DNA from: Vicugna vicugna
Lineage: Eukaryota
Assembly (NCBI GenBank): GCA_013265495.1
Contig: MU058423.1
Location: forward strand, 757,061-821,060
Length of the DNA stretch: 64,000 nucleotides
Direction of reading: 5' to 3'
Part shown: in pieces, positions 1 to 12,760 of the stretch
Numbering within the stretch: position 1 is the stretch's first letter
Layout: the number at the start of each line of letters is the position of its first letter
Notes under the pieces: model-generated
What the model was told of the DNA's origin: nothing
The model's database searches: none
Seen by the model: the letters and a program-made list of their open reading frames with translations, nothing else
Translations under genes and position numbers: made by a program

Positions 1-565
1 TTGAGACCGGCAGCCTATCTGTCACCTCGTGCCCTGAGATGAGAGAGCTTTTGACAGTGTCCAAAAATCACTTTAATGAAAACAGAATCGATTTTTACTT
101 CTTCCAAGCAAGAAGCAGCCTCCAGGTGATTTGCATTTCCCTTTAAAACAGAATCCTGGAAGGGGCCTGCCTGAGATTTCTGGAGACTGGAAGCCAGACT
201 TGAGAGATCAATGCCGGCACTCCACAGAATGGGCTGCTTGATCAGGCTCCCCCTGGGGGGCCCATGGGAGGTGTGGTTTTTGTTAACCCTTTAGTTTCCG
301 AAATTCTGGCTGCATTGTCATCCACTGCCTCTGGGACCCACCAATCATCCTCCCAACTTCCATGTACCTTGGTGTGGGACACTGGCCAACAGGGCCCACC
401 TGGACGGTGGGGGGTCCCTGCCCCGTGGAGTCCGATCATAATGCACTTACTGGAAACAAATGACCTCAGGGTCTTTCTTGGGTTTGACATCTCTTAACCA
501 ACAGTTCTCTGGTGCTGAAACTCCTAAGAGAGGGTAGAGACCTATATCTCTACAGGGAATTGTTC

Positions 566-640
566 CTTCACTCAACATTTATTGAGTTTTTTCTATGCGC
601 CAGGCAGCATGGTAGGCTCTGAGAATACATAGGTGCTCTG
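566..640 (-). mobile_element. L2 LINE 3' terminal fragment
   Basis: ttcactcaacatttattgagt...ctatgcgccaggc resembles the reverse complement of the L2 3' end. Confidence 0.7.
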
Positions 641-809
641 ATTGCATGTCAACCCTGCGGAAGGTACAGACAAAATGAATTGAATGAGACTCAATTCTCT
701 TCCTTTGAATCAAAACAAGAGAGGGTGAGAAGAGCATTAGACCAAGGGTTAGAAAAGAGGCCTTAACTCACACTCTTTCTATCAGTCCAGAGACTACCCC
801 TCACTCTGC

Positions 810-1090
810 TCTGGGTCTGGCTAACTCCCATCATCCTTCCAAATAGCTCTGTAGCGTCTCCTCCAGGAAGCCTTCCTAGCCCTCCAGGAGCTATGTGCCC
901 CTCCTCCTACCTCCCATGGCAGCTCCTACATATCTGTCTTATCAATTGCCACATTTTATTGACTTTGTTTATGTGTCTTTTCCCCAGGATATCAACTCTT
1001 CAAGGGCAGCTGTCTATCCCAAAGATCATTGTATGATCCATGCCTAGCACAGGGCCCGATGTATTAGGCCTCCATACATATCTGTTTGTA
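810..1090 (+). mobile_element. L2 LINE 3' fragment
   Basis: ctcctccaggaagccttcct ... tgtttatgtgtct ... tgcctagcacagggcc, typical of the L2 3' region. Confidence 0.65.
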
Positions 1091-1415
1091 CCCCAGCTTA
1101 CCTGTCTTCAGTTTTCTCACTTGCTAACCACCTCCTGCACATTGTGAAAACCAATGAAAGTGCTGTCTAAATGTTTGCTATATTGTCAAATTAGACAGGT
1201 TATTTGTGGGGAGGGTGGAGATGGAGAAGCCAAGCAGGGCATTCTCTAGTTCTGACATCAGCCTAAGCAGAGTTGGGGCTTTCTTGGAAGGGAAGTTTAA
1301 ACCCTTGACCTTCACTATTTTTGGCTACTTGGCAAAACTCCCCACTGCAGACTCTGGGGCCAGGAAGGAACAGAAAGGCAGCCATAGATAAGCCCCCCAC
1401 CCATGAGGTTTCCCT

Positions 1416-1551
1416 CCATTCAATGATGTACTCAGCAGATATTTGAGTAGCAGTTAGGCCTTGGGAATACAGCAGAGAAAACAGTCCCTGATCTTCAGGG
1501 GCTTACATTCTAGTGGAGGAAACCAGACAGTACATAGATAAATGAATAAAT

Positions 1552-1596
<45 letters not shown>

Positions 1597-2172
1597 ATCC
1601 TATCAGACAGCAATTCATGCTGCAGCGAAGAATAAAGTGTGATGTGATAAATTGGGGGTGCTGAGTGTGAGCAGGTGGTGAGCAAGGGAAATGGGCCTTG
1701 AATCCAGATGGGCCTCTCAGATAAGATTATATCTGAGCAGAGACCTGAAGGAATGCGGGTTTCTTGGGGAAGAGCGTTCCCAGCAGAGGGAACAATGAAT
1801 CGAAAGTCCCTGGGGCAGGAGGGGCCTTGGTGCACTCTTCTTGGACTAGCGAGAAGGTGCTAATGGTCAAGCCATGAGAGCAGGGGGCAGGTAACAGGGA
1901 TGCAGCTTAGGCAAAGCCCTCGTGATCACCCGGATCACCACAAGGACTTGGCCCTTTGCCTTTTACTGAGCTGCTGGGAATAGGAAGCCATGGTGAAATT
2001 TGAGTAGACCTGACTCATGTTTTACAAGGCCCACTCCAGGTACTGGGTAGTGAATACACTGTAGAGGAGAAGCTCCCACAATGACCTGGGCAAGTGATGT
2101 TGACTGGGACTGAGGGTGGTGGCTGAGGAGATGAGAGAAGGGAGAGATTCTGCATATATTTGAAGGTAGAGG
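1416..2172 (-). mobile_element. L2 LINE fragment
   Basis: ggaatacagcag...gcttacattctagtggagg...ctgagcagagacctgaagga...gggaagagcgttcccagcagagggaac...tttgaaggtaga are characteristic antisense L2 motifs. Confidence 0.8.
1555..1598. repeat. (AAAT)11 microsatellite within L2
   Basis: read directly. Confidence 0.95.
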
Positions 2173-3379
2173 CATCATGAAACACGGGCTGGTCCTGCCC
2201 CCAGCCTGCCAGCTGAAAGCCTCACCAGCTTCCATGGCAGAGAACTGGCCTGAGAGACACAGTCTAATGACTTTCACCGTTGAAGAGGGCTCAAGGCCCT
2301 GAGGGATGGCTCCCAGACTCCTGCCTGAAATGGACAAGCCCTAGAGCATCAGCTGAAGCACGGTTGTCTGAGAGCAGGGCTGGGCTGGGCCGGCCATCAG
2401 CGGGAGCGTCTGCACCTGACTGAGGTTGCCTTCCACCCAGGCGGCACTGACCCAGCATCTGCCAAGGGCTGGGCACAGTGCTCACCACCATGTGGGGACA
2501 GTGTCAGAACCGGAAACGGAGAGGCCAGTCTCCAAGTCAGCGGCTGCTGACACAGAAGGGCGGGCGGAGGGCTGCCAGCTTGCACCGGAGGGAGAGATGA
2601 AGTCCCACAGGTGGGACGGGAGCCTTTGGGGTTCTTCACACCAGGGGCACCACATGAGGTTGGTCATCCCATCTAGTAATTGAGCTTGCTGCAGTTTTCG
2701 GAAAGGGATGTCAGCACTGATGCCCAGTTCACAGCTCTCTTCCGGAATCTCTCAAAATCACTCTCTCTCTCTGTTTGGTTTTGTTTGGGTTTCTCTCTTT
2801 AAACACACCCGTAAACACAAACATGATTCTTCCTGAGGAGCAGCAATTATTCTGCCTGAAAGTAGTGTAAATAAGAGGCAGCCCTGCCCTCCCTCTCCTT
2901 AGGGGAGGGGCAGAGCCCCTCTGGTAATTACACAGGGAATTTTTATTTCTCTCATCCAGGAGGGAGCTCCTGCCTCAGGCCACCTGGGGCTCTTGGCCGC
3001 ACATTGTCATGGCTCGGAGCTTCTCTCCGGAGTCCTCCCATCCGCATGTGGCCCTGAACACAACCAGTCCTCTCCAGGAAACTGACAGTCTATTCACATC
3101 TTAAGTGTTCATCCTCTGTGATAAGTCAGTTTTTCTTTCCTGGGAATTAGGACCCAGGCTTTTAGCAATCTCTTTTGGGAGGAGTATATAGTAGTGAATT
3201 CAAACCAGCTTTGAATGGGCACTTGTTTGTGACCAAGAGGAAGGAGTTACCAAGTGCTCCAAGTTCTTAGCCTGGAGGCTCAGTTATCGTGGCCTCCAGG
3301 CCAGCGCTCCTGCCTCTGTCCAGAGTGCTTTTCTCAGGCCAGAAAGAAGGTCTGTTCTCCCTGCCCCACTGCTCGCCAC

Positions 3380-3990
3380 CCAGCTCAATGCAAATGAGGG
3401 GTGGAATCGGGAGGGGGAGCGGGGAGGGAAGAGAACTCAGCCTTTGCTGACCACGGCTGCATAGAGGGAGATTGCATCTAGCCCGTGTAATCATATTCCG
3501 GGTGTCAGGGCTCGAATGAGAGTCATTAAACTGAATCAGAAAAATCGTTTTAATATAAGTGCCACCTCACACACAAGCTAGTTGATGGAGAGATGGATGA
3601 GGCAGGGGACGCCTCCTTTGTAATGCGATGCTGTAAAATCCCATCACCTTCATTATTTCCCACCGAGCCAACGCATCATAATACCCATGAGCGGCAGTAA
3701 CAGCTTGAATTTAATATACAGAAAGTCCAATCAAACAATAAATGGATGGAACTATATAAAGAAACCATTTTCTGGGAGGCTGGCTCCATTCTCTGGGATT
3801 CAGCTCCCTGACACATGAAATGTGCATCAATTTTCCCCAACTAATGCAGCTGCTGAATCACCACATGTGATATTTGTTTGCTTCAGAAGTGGAAGAGGGG
3901 AACTTTCCCCCCTGCATTATCTGGCTATCAGTGCAAAATTGCAAATCTCATTTTCTTTGATTTGCATCCAGTGGTTCCCAGTGGCACAGC
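3380..3990. promoter_or_regulatory. Candidate conserved non-coding element / enhancer
   Basis: Repeat-free and relatively AT-rich; octamers ATGCAAAT at 3388 and ATTTGCAT at 3960; several TAAT/ATTA cores; SOX-like AACAAT; retained CpGs. Confidence 0.45.
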
Positions 3991-4651
3991 AAGGCACCAT
4001 CGTGTTGCCAACAAGACTAGAAAGCATGGCCCTCTCTCCATCCCAGAACCTTATTCAGGGGGAGTAAGTCCCAGGAGGCACTTTGTTGTCAACTTTAAAC
4101 AACATCTATCTCTGGACCCAGAGTGGGCTGTTAGGGGGCTGGGACATCTCTACTGTCACAGTCATCTGAGAGAAACTGGCCAAGCCACGGGCCATGCTGA
4201 CACACCCTGAGCGTCTGTGATGTTCTGATCGTCCAGACTTGCCTTCGCGGTTGTACAGAGCGGATGTCTCCTTCTGGACTGTATTCCCTCCCCCCTCCCC
4301 AGCCCAGTCCTCTGTCTCCCCTTCCATCCCTCTTGCCCAGCCAGTTATTGAGAGACTAAAACAAATAGCAACCAGATCAACCAAACAAAATTAAGAAGGC
4401 AGATCGGCTCCTTAAAAAGACTGATGGAAACCATATTTTTATGCTTCTGATGTGGGATTCTCTCCAAGGCTATTTTTCCAGTGGCCTGGATAATTGAGAG
4501 TTAACCATAATTATGGGCTTATAGCTGCTGAGAAGTATCATTAGGTTATTTTTACTTCTTCCTGGTCACGCATACTTAAACAGGAAAAAAAAAACTAGGA
4601 GAATTGAACTAAACTAAATGATATCAAAACCCGGGATGGCATAAATCTTGA

Positions 4652-5660
4652 TTCAGTTCAATAAATATTATTGAGCACCCGGTATCTGTGAAGCACCCTA
4701 TTGGGCATTGTTGGGGATGCAGAAATAAATGGGACCTCGGCACCATACCTAAGAAGTTTTATAGCAGGAGATTGGAGTACATATCTGAGTGACCAGGAGA
4801 GAAGGGGGCATGCACTGAAATGATCAAGAAGTGTTTGGCACAGAGGAAGAGCTTAATAAAGATTTGCTGATGAATGAATGATTAGCTTCATGGAAAGGAG
4901 AGATTCCAGTTGGATGGACCACAGTGGGCAGGATTTTGATATGTGGAAATGAGAATTCCAAGAAAACTGCAAAAGGATATGGTGTCTGGGGAGCTTAACT
5001 AACATGCTGGTTTGTTAGCGTTTAGGGTGTATGAGGAGCATGGCTGGAGATAAACAGGAGTAGAAGGTTTGCTAGAGACACTGAGGGTCTAAACTATTAG
5101 GCTAAGGGATTTATTCGGTAGGCATTAGGGAGCTACTGAAGGTGTCCCCAGGACACACTGATTAGGAAGATTGATACTGCAGCGGTCTTCTGGATGAACA
5201 TGGGAGGGGAGGCCTCGAACACAGTGCCGTCAGCCAGGAGACAGATCCAGGGATGAGGTAAATCCAGATCCTAGCACAATCACAGTGAAAAAGGAGAGAA
5301 AGATCTAGAATGCAAAGACATCCAGGAGAAGGCGAAGTCAAAACTAACTCTGGAACTCTAGGACAGGGTGATTAAAGATACAGAGCTGGCAAACATTCAG
5401 GAGGAACAGGTGGACAGGAGGTCAAGGGGGAGGTAGAGACAAGGAACTTGGCTGTGGGTCTGCGGCGTTTGCGGGTAACCCAGAATACCCTTGAAGTGGC
5501 TGGCAGGCAGGCAGGCAGAAAGGTGGATCTGGAGCTGAGCAGAGAGAAGGGGGCTAAAGCAGCAGGTTTTCGAAGTCATCAGCTGAAGCAGGGAAATAGA
5601 TGCGATCACCCAGGAAAACATGAAGGGGGAGAAGAGGAGAGGGCCTGGGGACCGCGTCCT
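4652..5660 (-). mobile_element. L2 LINE fragment(s)
   Basis: ttcaataaatattattgagcacc start, then taggcattagggagctactgaagg, aggaagattgat, ctggagctgagcagagag, cgaagtcatcagc; a short + strand L2 end lies at about 4830-4880. Confidence 0.7.
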
Positions 5661-6337
5661 GCCCCAGGCCCTGCTTCCCCGGCACCTGCCCCCTCTAAGA
5701 ACGGCCGTGCCCCTCGTGAACAGCTTTGCTGGTGCTTCCCTTCAGCCTCTCTCAGCCTGTGGAAGTTCCCTTTCATACCCGGTTTCTGCTGGAGCTAAAA
5801 GGTCATAATGGTTTTCTGAGTAAAACAAGGTTTTCTTTTTAGTTTCCTACCACGGTAATTAAATAAACAGCACCGACCCAGGAAATCGAAATTGGTTTAT
5901 GCGCTTTGCTAAAAAAGAAGAATAACAGGGTTCTTCCATTGGCATGTGGATGGGGGATGAGGTCTAAATGGTCACAGACCAGCATCGTCTGTGCCCGGCC
6001 AAGGGGGATGCTGAGCAGAGTGACGCCACCTCTGTGGGTGACACTGGCTGGGCTGGCAGGGCCAGACCCCTGCGCAGAATTTCTGGGCACTGCAGACACT
6101 GCCTGTCTCACTCATTCCCTCCTTCTCCATAGAGAGAAATGTCAGACGCACCCCGGCATCACTGGCCGTGTCCTCTGGCCTGACCCCTCTCCATGACGTC
6201 TCTCTTGGGCCCTTGGTAGGCAGCTGGGGAAAGCAATGGTTCAGTAATTCAGCAAATTCACATTGGGCGGTCCTTGTGAGCAAGGCACAGTCCTAGTTAA
6301 CATGAGGGGCTACAAAGAAGGAAAGAGGACAAGGACT

Positions 6338-6470
6338 AAATCCTATGGGGCGGGTGTTGGGTTCCCATCCCGTGTGTGAGAAGACTGAGACACTGAGAGC
6401 GTAGGTAACTTACCAGAGCTCCCACGCTGGAGTACGTTACCGGATTCAGACCAGGGTCTTCTGATTCCTT
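6338..6470 (-). mobile_element. MIR SINE
   Basis: gagaagactgagacactgagagcgtaggtaacttacccagagct resembles the antisense MIR core. Confidence 0.65.
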
Positions 6471-7174
6471 TAGAGTCCTCTGCTTCATAAGGAACCTCAG
6501 TCTAGTAACAGGGATGCCCTGTGCACACAGAGCTTTATTTCTGGGCTCAACAAGGTTAAGAAGTATGAGTAAAGGGCAGGAAAGTGTGAGGGGAAGGTGG
6601 AGGAGGCAGGAATCAGGGAAGGCTTCTTGAAGGAGGTGGCATTCAGCTGGTCCTTGAAAGATTGTGGTGGAAAAGTTAAATGCATTCCTACCTTCGATCA
6701 TTTATCCAGCAAATATTGTGGGTCTCCACGTGCTAGGCAGTGGGGTGGGGTTGAGGATGTGTTTATGAACAGAACAGACAAACTCTGGGGCTGTCATCCT
6801 AGTAAGAGCAGCAGACAACCGACAAATGAATGCCTGAAATGAGCATGAAAGGTTGAAGCAAAAGCTAGGGGAAAAAAAGAGAGAACACTGGTAAGGGGAG
6901 AGAGAATGGAGCCATCAGCCTGGCCCCAGGGGAGAGACGAGAAGTCCCAGCGAGGGGCAGTGACTCTAGCCTCTCCCGAAGGGAAAGCTCTGTCCACGGT
7001 TGGTTGCGAGTCGGAGAGAGGCTGGCCCCAGCGCAGAAACGATGACTCAAGAGCTGCGTTTGAGTCTCTTTAGGGTTGTTATCCAGAAGGCGAGAAGCAG
7101 CTGTTTGCCATCTCTGCTGGAGACTGAATGAGTAGAAACAGGTTCACCCTGACACGTGGGGACCACCTTCCCTC

Positions 7175-7445
7175 ATCAACAGCAGTAACAGTGACAATAA
7201 CATCTCATGTTACAGAGCGTCTGTGGTGTTCCAGGTGCTGTGCCGACTGTAAACTGTTGAGATGGACTCCCTCATTTAACCCTCCCGGTAACCTCCCCTT
7301 AACCACAGGAGAGGGAAATGACTATTATCTGTGTTCTATTGCTGAGAAAACCAAGGCCAGCTCGGATCCTGCCGCTGGTGAATGGAGAAGCTGGGGTTCA
7401 GACCTGCACTTATCTGACCAGCGAATGCTCTTAACCTATCACTTA
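7175..7445 (-). mobile_element. MIR SINE
   Basis: ctcatttaaccctc ... actattatctgtgttctattgctgagaaaaccaaggc ... gctcttaacc. Confidence 0.65.
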
Positions 7446-7726
7446 GCACCCAGATTTCCATCGGAGAGGCGTTGGAAGTAGTCTCCCTCCTCAGGCTCTG
7501 CCTTGGTCAGAGCAAGGAGGACACAGCATCCCCAGTCTCCTAGTGTGCCAGGCCTGTTGGCAGAGGTCCTGAGGGTGGAGAGTGGATGCAGAATGGTGAT
7601 AATCAGAGTCATGGAGTTGAGGCCGGCAGGATCCAAGGGATGTGGGCTCGTCTGAGCCAACAGAGACAGGAACCATGCATCCACAGGCCAGGGGCGAGTT
7701 CCCAACAGGCAGGGAGCAGACTGGTG

Positions 7727-7862
7727 AAAAGGAGGAAAGACCAAAAAAGAAGGAGATGGGAAATTTTAGTGTTAGTAGAGTTTATGCAAAAAAAAGAAAA
7801 AAAAGAAAAAGAAAAAGAAAAGAGAGAGGAAGAAAGAAAGAAAAATGGAAGGGAGAGGGGAA
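7727..7862. repeat. A/G-rich low-complexity tract
   Basis: aaaaaaagaaaaaaaagaaaaagaaaaagaaaagagagaggaagaaagaaag. Confidence 0.9.
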
Positions 7863-8956
7863 GTTGTAAATATGTATACTATGTAAATAGCCTATGTCAA
7901 TATCTTTTAAAATAACTGAATCTCCTGCCATCTCCCTCTCTGTGGAGAATCTTTCCCCGGTGCCTTTGTTGCTGGTGTCCTACGTCTGGGGGTTTGGGGC
8001 CTCCCCACTCACCCCCATGGCAGCCCTTGGAGCATAACTCAGCCTTTCAAGTGCCCCCCGCCCCCAGCCCCTTAGAGAGATCATAGCTCAGCTCAGCAGA
8101 GAGCTGGAAGGCCAGTCTGCACGTTTTTGGAATGGAGAGAAGCAATGTTGATAAGGCAGCCTGTCAGAACCAGTAACAGCATAGGCTGCCTGTCCTCGGC
8201 GGCGACACCCCTCAGCTGTAGGCCCCTCGCAGTGATCTGCAGCCTTTCCTGAGTTCCAGGAGATGCAGCAGGTGGGGGATGGGGTGAGGAGGCTCCTGGG
8301 GGGAATGTCACCCCTGGGAGGTCATGGGCACTACCTCGAGCCCACCCTCCATGAGGAATCACAGCACCAGGTGTGGCTCTTCCTTCCTGGGTTCTGACCC
8401 TCCCTCCCTCCTCTGCTGGCTCTTCTGACATTGTATCCTTGGATCATTCAGCCTCTTTCATGCCGTTTCTGCATCAGAGATGAAGGAGACCAGTTGGCCA
8501 GATGTGACCCTACGTTTGTGTTTTCTTTTTTCCCTTCTTCCCTGGCCTGTTTTCACTTCTGCCTCCAGAAACGGGTTGAAGTTCTTGCGAGATTTCTGGA
8601 CCTGAGGGCTGTGTCCCTGTCTTCTGAGCCAAAGACCCCTCCCCTCCCCACCCTCCCATCTCCAGCAGAAGCTTCTCTCTGGACCAACAAAAGGCTGTTG
8701 TGTTGATTAATAGAACATTTTCCTGCTACCTGACGGGCGTGCTCCGAGTTTGGGCAGGGCTTAGAGAGAGATGGTGGCGCGCCATGCCCATCCCCACCTC
8801 CACACACTGTGTTTGACTTTCTCAGTATTTCCATATAAGGTCAGCTTCTCATCCAAGGAGCAGAGGCTGCTGTGTCCATGCTCTGATTTAGGTGTTTTAT
8901 GCCTGTACTGGCTCACGTGGGTTCACCAAAGCCTTCCGGGGTTGGGCTCTATAGGA

Positions 8957-9095
8957 CAGTGGAAAGACCACTAAATGGGGAGTCGGGAGATGTGGGCTGT
9001 GGGGCCAGCTTCAGCAGGCTGTGTGAACTTAGGCAAGTCACTTCCTCTCTCTGGTCCTCAACATCCTCTTCTCAATGATGAAGGATGGAATTTCC
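8957..9095 (+). mobile_element. MIR SINE
   Basis: ggctgtgtgaacttaggcaagtcacttcctctctctggtcctca matches the MIR core. Confidence 0.75.
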
Positions 9096-10963
9096 TGAGT
9101 TCTCACCCCCTAGCAAGTTTCACAAGCTGAAAGTCTCCCTCTTCATAGGAAAACTGTTCCTTCGCCCCAGTAGCCTGGATAAGCCACAGCCTGGAGAACC
9201 AGCCCCTATATGGTGGGGGGGGGGTGCTGGGGACCTGCCCGTTCCTTTTTTTTTTAAATCTCCAAAGAGGCCAAAGTGAAAGGAGTCCTTGGCCAAAGTG
9301 GCCATCAGAAATGCAAGTCTGCAAAGGGGATAGGAGGTTCTGCTTGGAGACTCCCCAAGAGAGCTCTGGGGTTCCTGATGGTCACCCTGTATGACACAGA
9401 TCCAGGTCAGCAGACCTCAGCCACCTGGTAGTGTGTTTGGAGAGAGCAGAAGATTGTGAATTCAGCTCCCTGGATGGGCCGGATGAGGGGAAGGTATAAG
9501 ATGTTAACCCTGGACCATCAGACAGCTATGTAAGCCCCACAAATCCTAGGTTTAGAAGGAGTCTAGTTTGGAGTTGGAGTTGGACTCCCTTCAGCAACCT
9601 CCCCAGCAGACAGCAGCGGTCTGCCTGAACATCCAGGGATGGGCTTTTTACCCTTTTGGCTGCAGTGCATTCCATTTCGCGGAGAGTCAGTGATCACAAC
9701 CTCCTCTGTGAACTGAATCCAGACCTCCTTCCTCTACACCCCAGGATGAAGGCTTTTGAGAACCCAGAAGGTTCTGTTACATCGAGAACGCAAGAACTTC
9801 AGGGAAGTCACTAGGGAACTTGGTGGCAAGAAGACCCTGGGACGTCTGTCCTGGCAAGAACTTGGGGTGACTCAGGCACAGCCCTGGCAGATGGGGTAGG
9901 GTGGAGGCTTCCCGAGTGATATGGCTCCTCACCAGGCGCTTTGAGATGAACAGGGACCTGCCCAGCATGGACGGGTGGGTTCTGGGGCAGGTGGAGTCCC
10001 CGTCCCTTTGCAGGTCTCCCACAACCCCATCCCTACTGATGTTCCACCGGGGCTGGTGTCCTACTTGCTCCACCCCCATCCCCAATGTATTTCTCCTCCC
10101 CTGTTATCCTCTTGGTCTGCAAGTGGCCCTACTCTTCTCCACTCCCATTATTTTAGTACATGAGTCCCCCAGAGGAATACAGGGGAATCTCCATATTGCT
10201 ATTAGTATCAGTGTGGGCAGCATGGCTTACATTACTGTGAGTTATTTGAATGAAACCAACCATTAAATGATCACAGAGGACTGGGGAGAGGGTGAGTGTG
10301 GGCTCTCTCCAGCAGTGGACATCTCACAGGCTTTCTTTCTGATGTGCAGAGAGGATGAGGACTGACTGCCAGCAACAAGGTGACGGCACCCAAGGGGACG
10401 CTGAGTGGAAATGGGCCAGTTTACTGAATCTTCTCCTGGGGAGGCTCCCTCCCTCCCATCACCACCATTTGAAAGCACAGGCAACCCTTTTTCCTCAAAG
10501 TCAGGTGCTATGGGCTAGGCCCCCAGCTCCCAGCAGAGCCTGGCATACAGTGGGGCTCAGGTGTCAGGTTCTGGCCCCTCGTGCTCCATCACGTCCTACC
10601 AGTTCACTCAGAGTGAGAAGCACCCACACGTGTGTGGCTCAAACAACCTGAAGGAAATGACTTTAAACCGAGCAGGACTGGACAATGAGTCAGGTGCAAG
10701 GTTTGTGCATTTCACAGCATGAAATGAGGGGGAACATGTCCAAACGGGGTGGGGTATGTAGCTCTGGGACATTTCCTATCCAGACAGGGCAGAGCCAAGG
10801 GGATCATCAGATCTCTTCGACCTGGAGATATCACAGAAGAGACAAAACTTCCAGGAGTGTGTAAATTATCTGAGAAAGTTGACTTGGAGGGTTGGAAAGG
10901 GAAAGCATTTCAGAAACAAAGTGAAAGTCGGAGGAGAGACTCAGAAACAGGCACTGTGTTCAT

Positions 10964-10964
<1 letters not shown>

Positions 10965-11002
<38 letters not shown>
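10965..11002. repeat. (GT)19 microsatellite
   Basis: read directly. Confidence 0.97.
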
Positions 11003-11005
<3 letters not shown>

Positions 11006-11304
11006 CACATGTAGATGTGAAGGACTGCTGGCAGCGAGGGAGAGGGAGGACGGAGTCCTCAGTGGAACCCTGGGCCTCACTGACACGGGGAACCTCCAGG
11101 CCCTTGTTTTCTTTTTGCCATCCTGAGTCCCTCCATTCTGGGAAAGTTGGCCTGTGGAGAAGCGACCCTTCTTGCCACACCAGAAGCATCATCCTGGACC
11201 AAGGCTGGGGTTTCTGGTCCTTAGATGAAGCCCTCACCCACCCACAGCTTTTCCCCCAAAAGTAGCTCTATTCTTGGAGAATCCAGAGAGAATTGATGGG
11301 GCTC

Positions 11305-11352
11305 TTGTCTCTATGAATTTGACTACTCTAGGGACCTCATATAAGTGAAGAT
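11305..11352 (-). mobile_element. Short L1M (L1MB-like) 3' UTR fragment
   Basis: tgtctctatgaattttgactactctagggacctcatataagtg matches the antisense L1MB 3' end. Confidence 0.7.
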
Positions 11353-12153
11353 GTTAGATCATTACTTTAAAAAACTGTGAAATATATCAAACATACCGAA
11401 ATAATCTTGTCATCTTTCAAGCATCATCTGTAAAACTCCCTTATGCCCTTGGATGTGACTGCTTCTCATGTATGGCAGCGTTATTTAATGAAATTCATGT
11501 TATAAGGATAACTTTAATGGGGGGGTGGCTTGTGTATACACAAAGGTATGTATATTTTATTATAAAAAATCAAGTTAAAAATCTTTTTTTCTTTATCTTA
11601 ATTGTTTAAAATGAAACCTGAACCAGAGAGAGACAGCAGTCCTTGGATTTGTAGTCCTGTTTACACAAAAATGTTTTGCAGGGTGAAGAGGTTTTGCAGG
11701 GTTGGGGGTGGATTACAAGCATCCAACTGCAGATACTGATTTGAATCTCTATCGTCTATTTCCTTTATTCATTCAACAAACATTCCTGTTGTGCTGACTG
11801 TGTGTGCCTGCTCTTGGGGTAATAAAAAGCTCACCAGGTGTGGTCACCAGGCACAGAAAATGAATCATACAGACTACAATGATACCTATAATTATGCTCC
11901 TTGTCAGAGTGAGGGCCCATGCACTCTGGGTGGTGGCGAGAAAGGTGAAGGAAACAACCCTTTCTAGTGACCTTGATCTAGAGATTCCTCTCTCGGCAGT
12001 GGTAGTCCCACTCCGTCCTGGAGAATCAGAGCCCCTCCGTTTCCCGACTCTGCAAGAGCAGGAGTCCATTCTGTCCTATCCTGGTGTCTACCTCCTAGTA
12101 ACAGCGAGAATTTCAACCATATAAACTTGGATTTTGTCTCTGAGAAGCCCCTT

Positions 12154-12553
12154 TGAATTTGTGCTTCTGGCCTTGACCTGAGTTTTAGGGTCTTTTCCTT
12201 TAGATCTGTGTCTCCCAATGTGGTCACCTGGCCGTGCCTCTGTCAGAGACTCTGACAGCGTCAGAGGTAAAGGTGAAACTAAGGATGCTCAAGTAGTTTC
12301 CTAGCCTATGGGCCGTGGTACACAGGTGGCCAAGAAGGGGTTGCCTCATGCAGATGGGCATGGAGCTCCTCAGCCCCCAGGGCAGCCAGGTAAGGTGGGG
12401 GCAGCAGAGCCCTGATGAGTAACCTCCTGCCTCTAGCAGCCTGGCCAGCCTGAGGGGAGCAAGGTCAAAGGCACGGCCAGATGACCACTCTGGGAGACAC
12501 AGATCTAAAGGAAAAGACCCTAAAATTCAGATCAAGGAAGAAGGCACAAATCA
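12154..12553. repeat. Inverted repeat: arms 12154-12242 and 12466-12553, spacer about 223 bp
   Basis: Perfect 35 bp core: ttttagggtcttttcctttagatctgtgtctccca (12183-12217) is the reverse complement of 12491-12525; about 10 differences over about 90 bp. Confidence 0.95.
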
Positions 12554-12599
12554 GACTCAGCTGGCACAGAGTTTCCTGGTCTTTGTTGAATGTGTCTCC

Positions 12600-12760
12600 A
12601 GCTCAGCCACTTTCTTAGAGTGGGACCAAAAAGAATTCCACCTGTGAACCTCAGTTTCCTCTTTTGGCAAATGAGGATGGCTGTGTGGTTGAAAACTAAT
12701 GCCGTCTATGCAGTGCCTAGACCAGTGCCTGGCATGTGTGAGTGCCCAGTGTTAGCCACT
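12600..12760 (+). mobile_element. MIR SINE
   Basis: cctcagtttcctcttttggcaaatgaggatg ... cagtgcctagaccagtgcctggcatgtgtgagtgcccagt. Confidence 0.75.

Noticed and set aside
6987..7007. RE1 half-site agctctgtccacggt
   Set aside because: Only one half-site matches; the GCTGAA half is absent.
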